Positions 13,776 to 27,344 of a DNA stretch of 64,000 bases are shown here, piece after piece; position 1 is the first letter of the stretch; every line of letters begins with the position of its first letter. Under the pieces are notes generated by a model that saw only the letters and a list, made by a program, of their open reading frames with translations, searched no databases and was not told the DNA's origin. The stretch is from Epiperipatus broadwayi (lineage: Eukaryota; Animalia; Onychophora), in contig JAQFVV010000005.1 of NCBI GenBank assembly GCA_028023455.1, positions 21,948,001 to 22,012,000 of the forward strand, written 5' to 3'. The position numbers and the translations under genes are program-made.

Positions 13776-16128
13776 AACTAACTTGCAGACTGTACTACTA
13801 TGCAGATGTAGCAATATGGTGTGGGGATAAGTTAATATGCTCTAATTTATTACCCCTAATGAAACAATCTGCAGAGACCTACCAGGGTTAGAAGGGAAGA
13901 AAGTTGCATCCAACTATGTTCAGACTGTGGGTCATCTGATAAAGTGCTAATGAGAATGTGATGAAATGCTTAACCAATGATTGCATACCCTTAATTGACT
14001 AACTCTATCCCTATTTAATAATATTAAATGCAATTTAGGTTAGTTCATCCACTTTCCCCCTTTTTAATTCCGTTATTCCCTAATATTCAAGCCCAGAGAG
14101 AATATTGCTTTTAACTCCTTTAGCAGGTATGAACAAATATACACAGCAACTCCTGCACCTATATATAGGTTACAACTAGCACTGTGGAATGACAGGTCAA
14201 CTCAATAAACCAGAGACCGGAATAATATAAACTCTCAAACATTTATTAACAATAATAAATATCTGGAATAATATAAACTCTCAAACATTTATTAACAATA
14301 ATAAATATCTAGTATAACGACAATAGTAATGATAAAAATAAATAAATAAATAAAAATATATATAACAATCATCATATGTACGTGTGTCACAAATGAACCT
14401 CTACCATCTTACTAATTAATTATCCTCTAGATCCAACCCTTATACCCCATGATAGAAATCCACATATGTCACTCATTCTCTACAAATCATAATTATATAG
14501 AAAAATCAGCTTTAGTTATTTAATATAATTGAGATGCTGGCTAGCTAAATTATATATTTACAAATGTTAATTTATTTAACAAATTTCCCCAATTTATATA
14601 TATGATAGAGACAGATCCCAGTTGATTAGTCAAACAGACTAGAAAATATGTGTACACGGTTAATCACAAAATAAAACATATAATATGTATTCTGTATGTG
14701 TTGTAATTTAACCTATATATAAATTTAAAGAATCTTACCTCAGTATTTATGTGGATGACCTGATGTGAAGCAGGTGGCTATACCTAAATTTTATTTATAA
14801 TGAAAATATAAAAAATATCAAAATGAATAATCCCCCCTTTTCTTCTTTGCTAATTCTGAAAGATGTGGCTTCAGCATTAGAGTGTGAAAATACCACAGAT
14901 AATATAAATAAATAAAATAAACAAAAATTTACAATATTGATTCTTTGATAAAAAAAATTGTAATTGGAATAAAGTTTATAACAATCATCATAATAAAAGC
15001 AGTAGTAGCTGATAGTTAGGCAAGTTGTTCTTCAAAGTAGTTTCACTTAGTAAATCATTCTCCTTAGCAAGGATTGATAGATACAATGGTGTCTCCTGTA
15101 GTTGTGTTTAATGGTAAACATCTTGATCCTCATTTGATTTACCATAATGTATTCCAATCCTTGTTTTCTTTGGACTGAAGGCATCTTCTTGTGAGTTTAC
15201 AATAAAGTAGAAATATATATAGATGTAATGCAGCTGGCAGGAAAATACCATGACACACAATAGCATGTTTTGCTCTAGCCCATTTTCATATTAGGGTACA
15301 TTTTAATAATTATTTATAATCATATATTTTTTTATTACTAATATTGAAACGCTTATATATATATTAAGAAAATTATTTCATTTTTCTTTCTTCTCCAATT
15401 TTTAGCAAATTTAATTCTCGTTATTGTTTTTGAAAAGATTTTTTAAAAAAAATTCTAATTTACTCCAACAACTTTTTAAACACGATTTAATTATTTAAGA
15501 ATTAATCAGTTATTCTTACTTCTTTTCACTTTCTGTCCCTTGAATTTGATAAACTTTTAGTTATAGTATTCGATTTTTAAAATGTTTATAATTTAACTAA
15601 AAGAAAAAGTAAAATTCCATTTTAGCGTTCGAAATTTTTAGTTTTAATTGCTGTCTTTTGTTCAGTTATTATAACAATAAGAGGAACGATTTGTAAACTG
15701 TCTTTTGTTTTTGCCTTTTCAGGAACGCCGATATCTTTAACTGCCTATTGTTTAAATACATTTAGATTTATTATAAATAAAAAAAATATTAAAATAATAA
15801 AATCAGTTTTATTTTCACACATATGTACCCACCTAATTAACTTCAAGTCATCCCACATTATATATATATTAATTAATGTTCAATTTTAAATTTTAAAAAA
15901 TATATACATTACAGTTTATTTAATCAAATAGTTACAATAGTACTTTCTAAAATATTGATCGTATTTTATTTTATAAATATAATAATTTATTGTGTATCAT
16001 ATGTATATAGGTAATAATAATAACAAATAATAATCTTCCCACCATTACTATAAATTCCAAATGGATTGGGTTCAATAAATATGCTTGATCTTTTTTGGAA
16101 TGTGTGCATTGTAAGCTATCCTTTACAG

Positions 16129-16882
16129 TACAAAACTATGAGTCTTAAATTGAAAACACCTTAATATTTTCAATTCAAGCCCATCAGCTTATATAGTCAT
16201 ATAGGTCTGAATTCAGTTCAGTACGTATACATTTTGGTATCTTTGATTCTTTAATAACCATAGCCACCACTATCCTATTAGGCAGGATTGGGATTCAGCC
16301 AATAAACATCACATGATTACCACTTCCTATGCTTGCTTATAACTTATTAAAACAGGCAAAACTCACTATACGTATTGCCACACACAGCAAGCTAGAGTAA
16401 TAAATGTGATGTTTATTGGCTTAAAACCAATCCTGCCTAATAGGATAGTGGTGGCTATGGTTATTAAAGAACCAAAGACACCAAAATGTATAGGTACTGA
16501 ACTGAGTTCAGACCTATATGACTATATAAGCTGATGGGCTTGAATTGAAAATATTAAGGTGTTTTCAATTTAAGACTCATAGTTTTGTAGTTAAGTGGAT
16601 ATAAAAGGTGGCTGCTGGAGGGTTGCATTAGATCCTAAGATCTATGTGCAGTGCTCTCAGATCCAAGGCTCCTCACTGACGAAGGCCACAAGCCAGAAAC
16701 TCGTCTGGGGATATTGGATGAGTAGGCACTAGATGGGGATTTTATGCAAAAGTCTTCTGGCATCCATTGATTACTCTAGCTTGCTGTGTGTGGCAATACG
16801 TATAGTGAGTTTTGCCTGTTTTAATAACAGTTGTAAGAAAGCATAGGAAGTGGTGATCATGTGATGTTGATTGGCTTAAAAC
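16129..16882. mobile_element. R1 fold-back insertion containing a complete monomer (period 455)
   Basis: Sense arm 16404-16882 starts and ends with ATGTGATGTT(T/G)ATTGGCTTAAAAC (16404 and 16859). Antisense arm 16129-16400 also crosses the monomer junction. Confidence 0.9.
16661..16719 (+). ncRNA. R1 type I hammerhead ribozyme
   Basis: Stem I ATCCAA/TTGGAT plus TCCTCA/TGGGGA; CTGACGA 16676-82; stem II GGC-CACAA-GCC; GAAA 16696-99; C-TC-G-TC, predicted cut after 16705. Confidence 0.75.
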
Positions 16883-17089
16883 TGCTTGTTATTAAAAGCT
16901 ATTCATTTCATATTATAAAATAAGATTCTTAATTTTACATTTACTTGTTGTTGTTTATTATCTTATATCAGCTTCTGTAAATAAGATTTAATACTTCAAA
17001 AAGTACTGTAGTTGATAATCAAGTATTAAGCTATTATCTAAGTATTGTGCTTAAAAATTATTTATTTCAAATTACATAACCTATTTAGT

Positions 17090-17675
17090 AATAACTGAAA
17101 ATACAGGCTTATTATATACTTGTATCAATATATGTAATATATAGAGTATATGAACACAGACTTTCACACGACCCACCATTCACCACTATCTCTTTCACTG
17201 ATACACTTGAACACATATATGTTAAAAGGTAAATAATCACCAATATACATATTTCATGCTCAACCAGCAATCATCAGTTGGTCTAGATTATCATCTCTAC
17301 TCATATATGCAACAAGTGCTCAGATATATATTAAGATAGCCAATCCTCATACTTTAATGGGCAGGCTTCAATCCACTCCACACTCCAACTCTTCAACCAT
17401 CCATCCAATTGAAAATCTGATGATGGAATGCTCAAAGGCCACCCTGAGGCCAAGATTCTTGTCACACCCATGTTGACCTAAAGTCAATCTGACTCCTCAT
17501 GTACAGGACATAATACATATACAAGGGATGGGCAGACATCTCTACTATGTAATAACTCAAATACAGGCTTATTATATACCTTTATCAATATATGTAATAT
17601 ATAGGGTATATGAGCACAGACTTTCACACGACCCACCACTCTATCTCATATCACTGATACCCTTGAACACATCTA
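17090..17675 (-). mobile_element. R3c tandem monomer repeat (period 460) carrying a hammerhead
   Basis: ATACAGGCTTATTATATAC block at 17101 and 17561. Minus-strand hammerhead at 17240-17281 lies between them. Confidence 0.7.
17240..17281 (-). ncRNA. R3-type minimal hammerhead
   Basis: CCAA-CTGATGA-TTGCTG-GTT-GAGCAT-GAAA-TATGTA-TA^TTGG; core intact, two stem II mismatches. Confidence 0.65.
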
Positions 17676-17939
17676 TGAGCCAGAAGCAAAATTTAAATGA
17701 AAATTTTCAAGGGACAAAAACCTGAGCAACTAAAAATTCAAAATAATTAATTTATCATAATTTGTTTTATTGTTATAAATACCTATTATTATATATTACT
17801 ATGCAGAAAAACGGTATTTATACCTATTATGTATTAAAATTGTATTTATGATTATCTACTTGGTCATGTAAGATAACTGATTTTTAAAACTTGTGAGTTG
17901 TGCATCTTGAACAACATAATCTGCTTCTGTGGAATAATT

Positions 17940-18125
17940 TAAATATAGGGACATCCAATTTCATGTAATAGTGTACTTTCTTGATACCAGACAGAAGGCG
18001 ATCTACATCCAAACTAGATTACGTGATAGGCTACATTTGAAAATGCATATGAATAATTCAATCTGGACCAGACCCTATGGACTTCTAGTGTCTAGTGATC
18101 ATGCGTTAGTAATGTAAGTTTATGC
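17940..18125 (+). pseudogene. Degraded non-LTR retrotransposon APE endonuclease remnant
   Basis: Translated fragments STSKLDYVIG and SSDHALV resemble the xRIDY and SDH motifs. Confidence 0.4.
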
Positions 18126-18477
18126 ACTCAGGAATTAATCAATAGCAAGTCCAGAGTTTATGCAGTTTGATTCATATTTCATGCATCCAGAATTATACAC
18201 AAGATCAATTTCTCTTCACCTCTTGTTTCAATTGTTCTAATTTTAAATTAATTTTACGTTATGAGTACAACAATTTTTCAGTGAAATTTTAGCTGCTTTT
18301 AATGATTCATTTTCAGAATTTTTAAGATTAAGAATTTTTTTTAATTTAATAAATCCCAACTTTTAGAATGAATGAGTGATCAAAACCTGGAAAATTCAAA
18401 CAAAATGAAGTTCACTCAATGATAAGAACACCAATGATAAACAAATATTAAGAAGTGGTGCAAGGATATCTATATTT

Positions 18478-18755
18478 AAACCATTAAGCATCACATGATC
18501 ACCATCTCTTATACTAGCACATAATTGTTTATAAACAAGGCAAAACTCTCGATACAGTAGTGCCACCCTGTGCCAACCAGAGTAATCAATGGATGCCAGA
18601 AGGCTTGTGCATAAAATCCCTCTCATCCAATATCCCCAGACTAGTTTAAATATAGGGACATCCAATCTAGTAGGCATTAGATAGGGATTTTATGCACAAG
18701 CCTTCTGGCATCCATTGATTACTCTGGTTGGCACAGGGTGGCACTACTGTATGGA
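18478..18755. mobile_element. R1 fold-back insertion with templated junction insert
   Basis: 13-bp TSD GATATCTATATTT at 18465-18477 and 18756-18768. Centre 18645-18666 is identical to 17938-17959. Confidence 0.9.
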
Positions 18756-19879
18756 GATATCTATATTTGTTTTATCATCTAAAGATGTACCTATTAGCAA
18801 GAAAAAGTGAAACTATGTTTGATGTAGTGGTAAAGTATCAGACTCCAGAACCAAAAACTTTAAATTGATTACATCTCTGGTACTCGAACTTCCTATGAAT
18901 TCCCAAGCAATAAAGTCATTTGATTATTTATTTTAGATAAGCTGTGATAAAAACTATGTAACGTTTGGTTTTAGTTAATCAGAAAGTGAAGATGAACCAA
19001 ATAGAATTGCATTGTGATAATTATTTTCAATAGTAGTTTAAAATTAAAATAGTCAATTTAAAACAAAATTGAAATAGACAACCCACTATAAATAAAAATA
19101 TTATTTAATACATCAATCCGGCTTTCATTCCTTAATGGAATCTTTTCAAGATGATTTTTTTTACACAATCACATGACCTACAGCAACTCCCCCAGTGGAC
19201 ATTATTTACATTACATAATAATAAAATATAATTCTTAAAATACACTAAATATAATTAGTAAAATACATATATGTACATAAAAATGATTAAACTTATTACA
19301 GACTTCCCCACCCCGACCCCCTTCCATAATATATACAGTATATACAAATAGTATAAAAAAATAATAAGAATCCTTTCTATTTTTAAAAATTATGACTCTA
19401 AAGTTTCCAATAATCTAACAATGCCTATTTTCCCCCTAATTGTGTTGGACTTTTAACTGTTTACACATTTGTTTAAATTTTCTTGAATATACAAAATCTC
19501 ATAGTTTACATCTTGCAAAATTACAAAGATACATGGAGTCTAATCTTCCATATTTGTGCAATAAAAATATTAAATACTTTCGACATAAATATGAAGATCT
19601 GCTAAAGAAAAGAAATGTGTTTTCTAAATATGTGTATTATTATAATAAAACATTTTTTGAGGCTTCTTTTTGAGTTATTATTGAACTTCTAAAGAAAGAA
19701 AGGCATATACATTTGCTGAAAAATTAATAAAACCCTATGCCAGAAATAAAATATCTTGCAAGTTTAGTGAAAAATAAAATAATTAACAACATACCAGTCT
19801 GATATCATAGTAATGAAATATATTAAGAAAATGGCTTTATTTTGTAAAGATGAATTAATATCTCACTTAATGTAGTACG

Positions 19880-20232
19880 GAAAGATGTATAGTAAGAGTA
19901 ACAAGAAGTGATTGCAAACCAAATATATAAATAAGAGAACAAACATATATCACAGACATTATTGAAAAAAATAAGAGAATGTAATAGATCTGGGCTGGAC
20001 ATGTTCTTAGAAGAAACAGCAACAGATGTATAGTTGAAGTTTTAAATTGAATTCTAAGAAATTGCAAAAGACCTAGAAAGAATTCATACATAAGATGGAT
20101 TGAAGGATGAATTAAAGAAGTTTGATGGTCTGAAGTAGAAAAGAGAAGCTAGGGATTGGAGTAAGTGGATTAAACTTGGAAAGATTTTTATTCTGCAATG
20201 AATCGACAATAGTTGAAAATGATAATGATGAA
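19880..20232 (+). mobile_element. RTE LINE 3' fragment
   Basis: Decayed homology to the RTE at 52561-55825 (WAGHV motif, 3' TTTATTCTGCA...GATAATGATGA tail). Confidence 0.7.
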
Positions 20233-20252
20233 TGTTATTTAGAACATTAGAG

Positions 20253-20265
20253 TTCCGCCATTTTT
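20253..20265 (+). promoter_or_regulatory. YY1/Pho-like motif in the putative NIF3L1 promoter or 5' exon
   Basis: CCGCCATTTT matches CCGCCATNTT. Candidate donor GTAAGT at 20414 and acceptor AG at 20767-68 just before the ATG imply an untranslated exon. Confidence 0.4.
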
Positions 20266-20772
20266 TTGTTCAGTCTGTAGTGGTTTCATGAGTACAAAAT
20301 GTTTGAGAAATCCTTATCTATATTTTTTCAGTTCTGTATCTGTTGCAAGATTGAGAAAATTATAGATAATAGTGCTTATTAAATCCCTATCCAGAGCTTC
20401 TGAAAAACATTGTGTAAGTTGAGGTTACCTGATTTTTTTTTAATATATATTACTTATGTGAAAAAGGCATCTTGAGGGGGGGGGGGATATTTATTTCAAA
20501 CTAATTTGGTATACTATATTTTCAAAATGTAGTAATTTTTATAAACTGCAAAAATATTGATAAAGAGGGAAAGGATTTTTTCTACACTAACACTTTTTTT
20601 ATTTCGTTTCTCTATCGTGTGCATACACATACAAATATTTACAATGAATGTAATCAAAAAAATTCGAATGAAATATTAAATTTTATAAATATAGTTGTAT
20701 TTCTATATATACAATGTTTTATATTCATAGTCAAATCTGAATTTATTTTTTCTTCCTCCATTTTTTAGGTTT

Positions 20773-21199
20773 ATGCTCGTTATTGGTTTAACCAGGCTTT
20801 TCTTGCTTCAATTTTATAAAACATTTAATAGAGCTTTTTCAACGATGGAACTTTCAGATGTAGTCACAAAATTAAATGAGATGGCTCCTTTGACCCTGGC
20901 TTCGGATTGGGATAATGTAGGATTACTTCTGGAACCAAGTCCTCCACTACTCATCAAAAAGATTTTACTGACCAACGATTTAACGCTCGAAGTGGCCGAA
21001 GAAGCTTTCCAGATGAAAGCTAACTTAATAGTTTCGTATCATCCGCCCATATTTCAACCTCTGAAATCTCTAACCATGAACTTTTGGAAGCAGAAAATTG
21101 TTGTTCGGTGCCTGGAGTCGAGAGTAGCTATTTATTCTCCTCACACTTGTTATGACGCCTTGTGCGGGGGGGTTAATGACTGGTTAGGCCAAGCATTCG
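20773..21199 (+). CDS. NIF3L1: NIF3-like protein 1, coding exon 1
   Basis: WDNVGLLLEP, LLTNDLT, SYHPPIFQP, AIYSPHTCYD, GGVNDWL are NIF3 hallmarks. Donor G|GTAATT at 21200 (phase 1). Confidence 0.95.
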
Positions 21200-22887
21200 G
21201 TAATTATATTTTTTTTTTTGTTTGTTTGTTTTTGAAGAATATTTTGTCACCACCCAAAAACTAGTTCAGAGTCCTTTTTTTTCCTGTTAAAATAGAAATG
21301 AGATTGGGCTGGCGGTCAGTGACTAAGAATCCACCTTGCCAATCTTATTCAATTTTTCGTTTAGTTTTGAATTGAGAAGATAACAATGGAATCGAATTTG
21401 ATTAAATCAATATTTATATATTTTAGACAAATATTAGCATATTAATTTTCCTTTTCTAATTATATTTTCTGCAAATGTAAATTCTCAAAAGAAAAAATGG
21501 GGGGGGGGTCGCTTCCCTTTTAAATTGGTAAGCCAGGTAGCTGGCCATCGAGTTATTAATCGAAAATTGAGTTTCTAACCAACTCCTAATAAATTAAAAT
21601 AAGCTTTAAGGAAAATCAAATATTTTGCCTACAGACATAAGTGATTAGATTAGCTTGTTGAGTAAGGTTTGTTCCTCTGGAAACGAATCCTTTGCCCTGC
21701 AGGAAGCCATGTTTTATTTTCGGATAAACTCTTGTCCTAAGACATCTTCACTTTTAAATAATAATTGTTTTATTGTACAACAATTTGTCATCAGCCAGAT
21801 TTAGTAGAAAATCAATTTAGCTGAACTTCACTTTTTGCTATATATTTTATATGGCTGTATTTAAAACGTTTATTTTTAATGTTTCAAAAGGCGTGAAATA
21901 AAAGTAAGCCATAAATTTAACACATATGTGTTTAGGATCTTTATTCTCAATTAAATGCAACTAATAAATTCCCTTTTACTGATCAACATTGGATGCCCAA
22001 GAAGAGCCTAGGGGCAGCTCATTTTCCTGCCGTGTTTATGACCTGTGGTTCCAATATGAGCGAACCTTAAATATCTAAGCCATCATTTATTTTTTTCTCA
22101 AATAAAAAATCTGCATTTATTTATTGACTGTTCGGCTATGCTTAGCAAGAGTAAAAAAAAAAAATCGTAAAATTATCCACCAGTCAGTAAATGACCTAGC
22201 CTGGTGAGTAATGTTTTTTTTCCCTTATTTTTTTTTGCAGTGAGATTTGCCTAGAAGTGGGCAATTTGAAGCTATTGATTTTGATTTCATGGCTGCCAGA
22301 TAGTATTAATCAAAAGTATATAGATATTGAAAATTGATTATAATATTCTGAGATATCTAAAATATCCAAGATCCACTGGGATTCAAAGCTCAGAATGTGT
22401 TATAGGTTAGCACAGAAATCACTGCACCACAAGACTTTTAAAAAAGTAGTTCCTAAATACATTCCAAATATCTCAGTCTTACTATCTTATGCTATACTTT
22501 TCCAATAGATATCTATTTGAATAAATGTACATATGTTTTCTATCTTTTTTAAACATAATGCCCATTTTCAGATTTTGTGATATTTTTAATCCTCATATTG
22601 GATGTTATCTTCCATCAGCAGTTGCGGAAATGGAATTAAAAACAGTTATTCTCTGGTGTAATTTCTATCATTCCAGTTCAAACAATCTCTATTAAAAACG
22701 GCAATTACTCTGAATTAAGATATATACTTATTTATTCCTTTGCATTTGCTTACATTCTAAAAAATAACTTCCTTTAACTTTTCACAATGTTTTTTAGTAT
22801 ATCTATAGTTTTGGCAGTCACTCTTCTCCAGAGCTGTAAATACAATTCAAAATGATTTTATATTATTTTTTATTTATACAAACTTGA

Positions 22888-23895
22888 TCATCATCATTTT
22901 TAATTATCATTGATACACTTGGTCTCTCCAAATGTAATCTAATTTTTCTGATCCATAGTCTCACTTTTCTGCATCAATCAGCCTTTTTGCTTTGTTCTTC
23001 CATCTCACATATGGTCTCTTTCTAGGTCTTTTACAATCTTTTGGCATCCATTTTATGACTTCAGCTGTCCATTTATTATTATCTCTTTCAGAAATGTGTC
23101 CAGTTTACCATTTCAGTCTCTTAATTTTTTTAATAATGTTTCACTCTCATATTTCACTTTTGATCTCTTTTATTACTCCCAACATACATCTTTCCATACG
23201 TCATTGAATGATCTGGGTCTGTTAAGTTTCGAGTCCAAGATCTATAAGTAAGAATTGATAAAACATCTATTAAAAATATTTATTTTCAAATGCAGACATT
23301 TTTTTTTAAAAAGCATTTCATCCAAGTTTAATTAATTTATCCATTGTTTTTATTTGTATTAATTATCTGATCAAAGTATTTGAAGTTATTAACTTCTAAT
23401 TTATGACTATCAATCTTTACTTTTTTCTTCTTAGAAAATCCATTGAACATTACTTTAATCTTTTTAATATATATATTTAGTTCTACTTTTCTGTTTTAAT
23501 CTGATAACTCTTGCAACATTTTCTGGAGCATTATTTGCAAAAACTATTTTATCACCTACAAAATGTAAATGACTTAAATAATTTCCATATTATTCCCTTA
23601 GCTTCTCGTTTTAATCCACAAAATAGTTTTCATGAAATTGCTATAAAAAGTTTTGGAGATATGAAATTATCCTGTTGTTAAACCTGATGTATTTTGATAA
23701 ATATTCTTCAGATTATGACAATACCCTAGATCTATATCTTGATCCAAAGCTTTAATCACTGTAAAAATCCTTATAGAATCAAGTGCCTTTTTTATAATTA
23801 ACAAATCTAAAGCATATTCATTGATTCTTTTTATAACTTCTCTCAATGCTCAAACATGAATTTCTGTCCATCTTGTTCTTTTGGTTAATTTCAGT
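22888..23895 (-). mobile_element. Decayed RTE LINE fragment (RT region to 3' end)
   Basis: Colinear homology with 52561-53740; many stops. Confidence 0.8.
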
Positions 23896-24574
23896 ACAAA
23901 TTGCTTGTTCAAACAAACATGAAATGATTTAATATAGTTATATTTTACAGCTATGAAGAAGAATGCTAACAATCAAAATTGTTAATTTAATAAAAAGCAT
24001 TGTGGAAAATGCAAACAAGAGAAATTTTTTAAAGATTAATAAATACCAGTCTATGGTCATTTGGACATCATTTACTTTATTATTTGCAACTAGCCTGTAT
24101 ATATTTTCATTATATCATTCAATTTTGATTACTGGCTCATGTTTTGTTGTTATACTTTTATCTTTGAATAGACCTGATCTAAGTAATCATTATTCAACTC
24201 CATTACTGGCATTTATTATTATCCTGAGTGATCAGTAGATGCCAAATGGTATGCTTAATAAAATCTATATCTTAATAATGCCCTATCCATATCCGTTAAC
24301 TAGTTTCTGGCCTTTATTAACTAGGATTTGGACCTGGATTTAGTGTTCCCAAATCTTCTTCACTTTTTTGAAAACAAAGATCTAATCTGGGAATATGGAT
24401 AAGTTAGTATAAATGTTATCATATTATATCTTTTGATTACTCAGGTTTATAATAATGGCAGATATAACATTGTGTAAGTCAGATCTTCAGACGTTTCCTT
24501 GATTTTGTAATAGTCTAAACTGGATTTTTTTTGTAATAGAAGCCCTTGAGTAGTATGTTTCTTACAGATACACA

Positions 24575-25200
24575 ATTATCATTTTGAATCATTATCAATC
24601 TACTGCAGGATGAAGGTATCTCCAAATTTAATCCAGTTTCTCTGATCCATAGCTTCTCTTTGCACTATATCAACAAACTTTCTTATTTTATCCATCTATT
24701 TCACAAATGGTCTTTTCCTAAATATTCTACATTATCTTGGGGTCCAGTTTAAGACTTCAGCTGTCCATCTATTATTATCTTTTCTAGGAATATGTTCAAC
24801 CCAGTTTCATTTCAGTCTTTTAATTTTTTTCAATGATACCTATTTGTTCTTTTATCAAGTATTTCACTTTTGATTTCTTCTTGCTACTCTGAAAATATCT
24901 ATCCATATTTTATTGAGTGATCTGGTCTTTGTATTGCTCTTTTGTTAAGTGTCCTAGTGTCAGATCCATAATTAGTAACGGGTAAGATACATCTATTAAA
25001 AACTTTCTTTCCAAACTCATAGGCGTATTTCCTTTTAATATTAAGTTACTTCTACCAAATGTACTTCATCAAAGTTTAATTCTATAATTTATTTCACCCA
25101 TTCATTTGTATTAATAATATGATTAAGGCATTTACAGTTGTTTTAATTCATGATTATCAATCTTTATTATCTTTTTTCTACACTTAACATTTCCTTAGTT
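24575..25200 (-). mobile_element. Decayed RTE LINE 3' fragment
   Basis: ATCAATCTACTGCAGGATGAAGG 3' terminus homologous to 52580-52610. Confidence 0.8.
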
Positions 25201-26632
25201 TTTTTAGCATTTATCTTTAGTATTACATTCTTACTTTTCCCTAATAACTTTTAGTAATCAATGAAGCAAGTCATATATAGTGCGACATTGCTTTTATAAG
25301 CTTGTGTTTTCAAGTATGTAATATAGAGTACCAATAGTTCAAACAAGCTCTTAATTCATACGTGCGGTAAGATAAAATATTTAAAATCTCTATCCGGAAC
25401 GTTCCTATCCACAGACCAATTGTTTTCGAGCTTATGGCTCACCTCAGTGAAGAGCTAGAACATCCACACATTCCTGAAGTTTTGAAGCATTATTTATGAA
25501 AACAACCACATAGTCTGCAAAATCTAGATAACTTAAATAATTTCCATTTACTTTTCTTTATTTAACAATTTTTTTTTTTTTTTTAAATTATGTTTTTATT
25601 AGAATGTGTATTGTATGTGTATAATAATTATTTAGTTAAGAACTGATGTTGAATTTTACAAACTTTAAGTGGTGGATCAGATTTAAAGTATATATATTTT
25701 TAAGAAATGGCATTGAATTTTTATTGTGCAATTGGACTAATAAAAAAAATAAAAAAATACAATGGGGATCCTTTGCAAAAGCAGTACAAAAGCTATTGCA
25801 GCTGAGATATGCTCCCACTTTTAATCATATCAATCCAGTTGTAACCAGTACTTCCCTTCCATAGCCTTTGAACAGATATTTAAATTAATGAATAATAAAA
25901 AACCTTACTATATACATATTTTAACATTGTTACATTTTTATTTACCATTGTCAAACTCATTCCACTCACAACTTTGACACCATCCCCCTCAGATAAATGC
26001 AATAATAGTTTGTATGTGCATCATAGGTTAAAAAATCAAAATATATAATTTCTTTTTTATTCATTTCTTTTTTTTTTTTTTAATTGTGGATATCTAAAAC
26101 TGGATAAGGAAATTGCAGATGAAGAAGGATTACTGTATTTAACAATAAATAATTGAAATGTTAGAATGATGAACAAACTAGAGAAGTTGGTAAGTTAAGT
26201 ATCAGATGAAAAAGAAAACTGAATATTTTGGAACTTTGTAAGACAAGACTGTTTGGCTATGGAGAAAAAAGTGAAGGTGTAAGAAGTCTGTGCTCTGGGA
26301 CTAAAAAAGGTGCATATAATAGTATAGATATTTCTTTAGATCTAAAAATAAAAGACAGTTCAATAAGTAGCATTTTTATAAATGATAAAATGATGATGGT
26401 AAGATGAAGAGTGTTTGCAAGAGATCTGGTTATTATTCAGGCATAAAATGACAATCAGGAATTGCAATAATGAAATAGAAAACGTATAAAGAAGTGGGAA
26501 GAGAAAAAAACATTGAAAAGGAATACAAAAATAAGTTTATATTGTTAATGGAAGAGGTGTTAAATTGCTGGAGGGGTTAAGAATGAAAAGTTGATAAGTT
26601 GTTGTTTTTTTTAATTAAAAAAAAAATCTCTA

Positions 26633-26747
26633 GTCTTGCGTTGTTAGCCGAGAGGTATCGCAGCCGCCATGCAAGCAAGTAGTTGGTTGCAGACGGTTGT
26701 GGGTTCGCGTCCCAGCCAATGCTATGACACATGGAAAAAAAAAAAAA
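26633..26747 (+). mobile_element. tRNA-Gly-derived SINE, derived subfamily
   Basis: Near-identical to 648-753; poly(A) tail; TSD ATCTCTA at 26626-32 and 26749-55. Confidence 0.85.
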
Positions 26748-27068
26748 TATCTCTAAAAGAGAATGTACACGTGGAAGGCTGCAGATAATAAAAATAGATT
26801 CAATTATGTTATTCAGAAATGATCTTAATATGGTATTAAAACCATGCATAGGCAATCGCTTGTTTAAAAAGAGTAATAAAATAAATAAAAACTTTATTTT
26901 AACAATAAATTGGAATAGATGAGAAAGTTTTGATGAAGGATACTAATTGGATTCGGGTCATTAAGAGTCCAATCACTACATGTGTATTAAAACAATAATT
27001 ATTATTCATTTGATTCTATTCATTTAAAAAGAATTGTCTCAAGATTAGCAGTCGGAACATTATGTTAT

Positions 27069-27344
27069 AAAAATCACATGACCACCTCTTATGCTTGTGC
27101 ATAACTGTTGTTAAAACAGGCAAAACTCACTATATATATTGCCACCCACAGCAAGCTAGACTAATCAATGGATGCCAGAAGGCTTGTGCATAAAATCCCT
27201 ATCTAGTGCCTACTCATCAATATCCCCAGACTAGTTTCTGGCACTAGATGGGGATTTTATGCACAAGCCTTCTGGCATCCATTGATTACTCTAGCTTGCT
27301 GTGTGTGGCAATATATATATATAGTGAGCTTTGCCTGTTTTAAC
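27069..27344. mobile_element. R1 fold-back insertion (NIF3L1 intron 1)
   Basis: 13-bp TSD AACATTATGTTAT at 27056-27068 and 27345-27357. Arms joined through GG microhomology at ~27240. Confidence 0.9.

Noticed and set aside
13500-13780. CRISPR-like repeat/spacer pattern
   Set aside because: Eukaryotic intron-containing context, only 3-4 units, variable part ~11 nt, no cas genes. It is a minisatellite.
21950-22080. Intronic snoRNA candidate in NIF3L1 intron 1
   Set aside because: Some hairpin potential, but no convincing C/D or H/ACA box arrangement.
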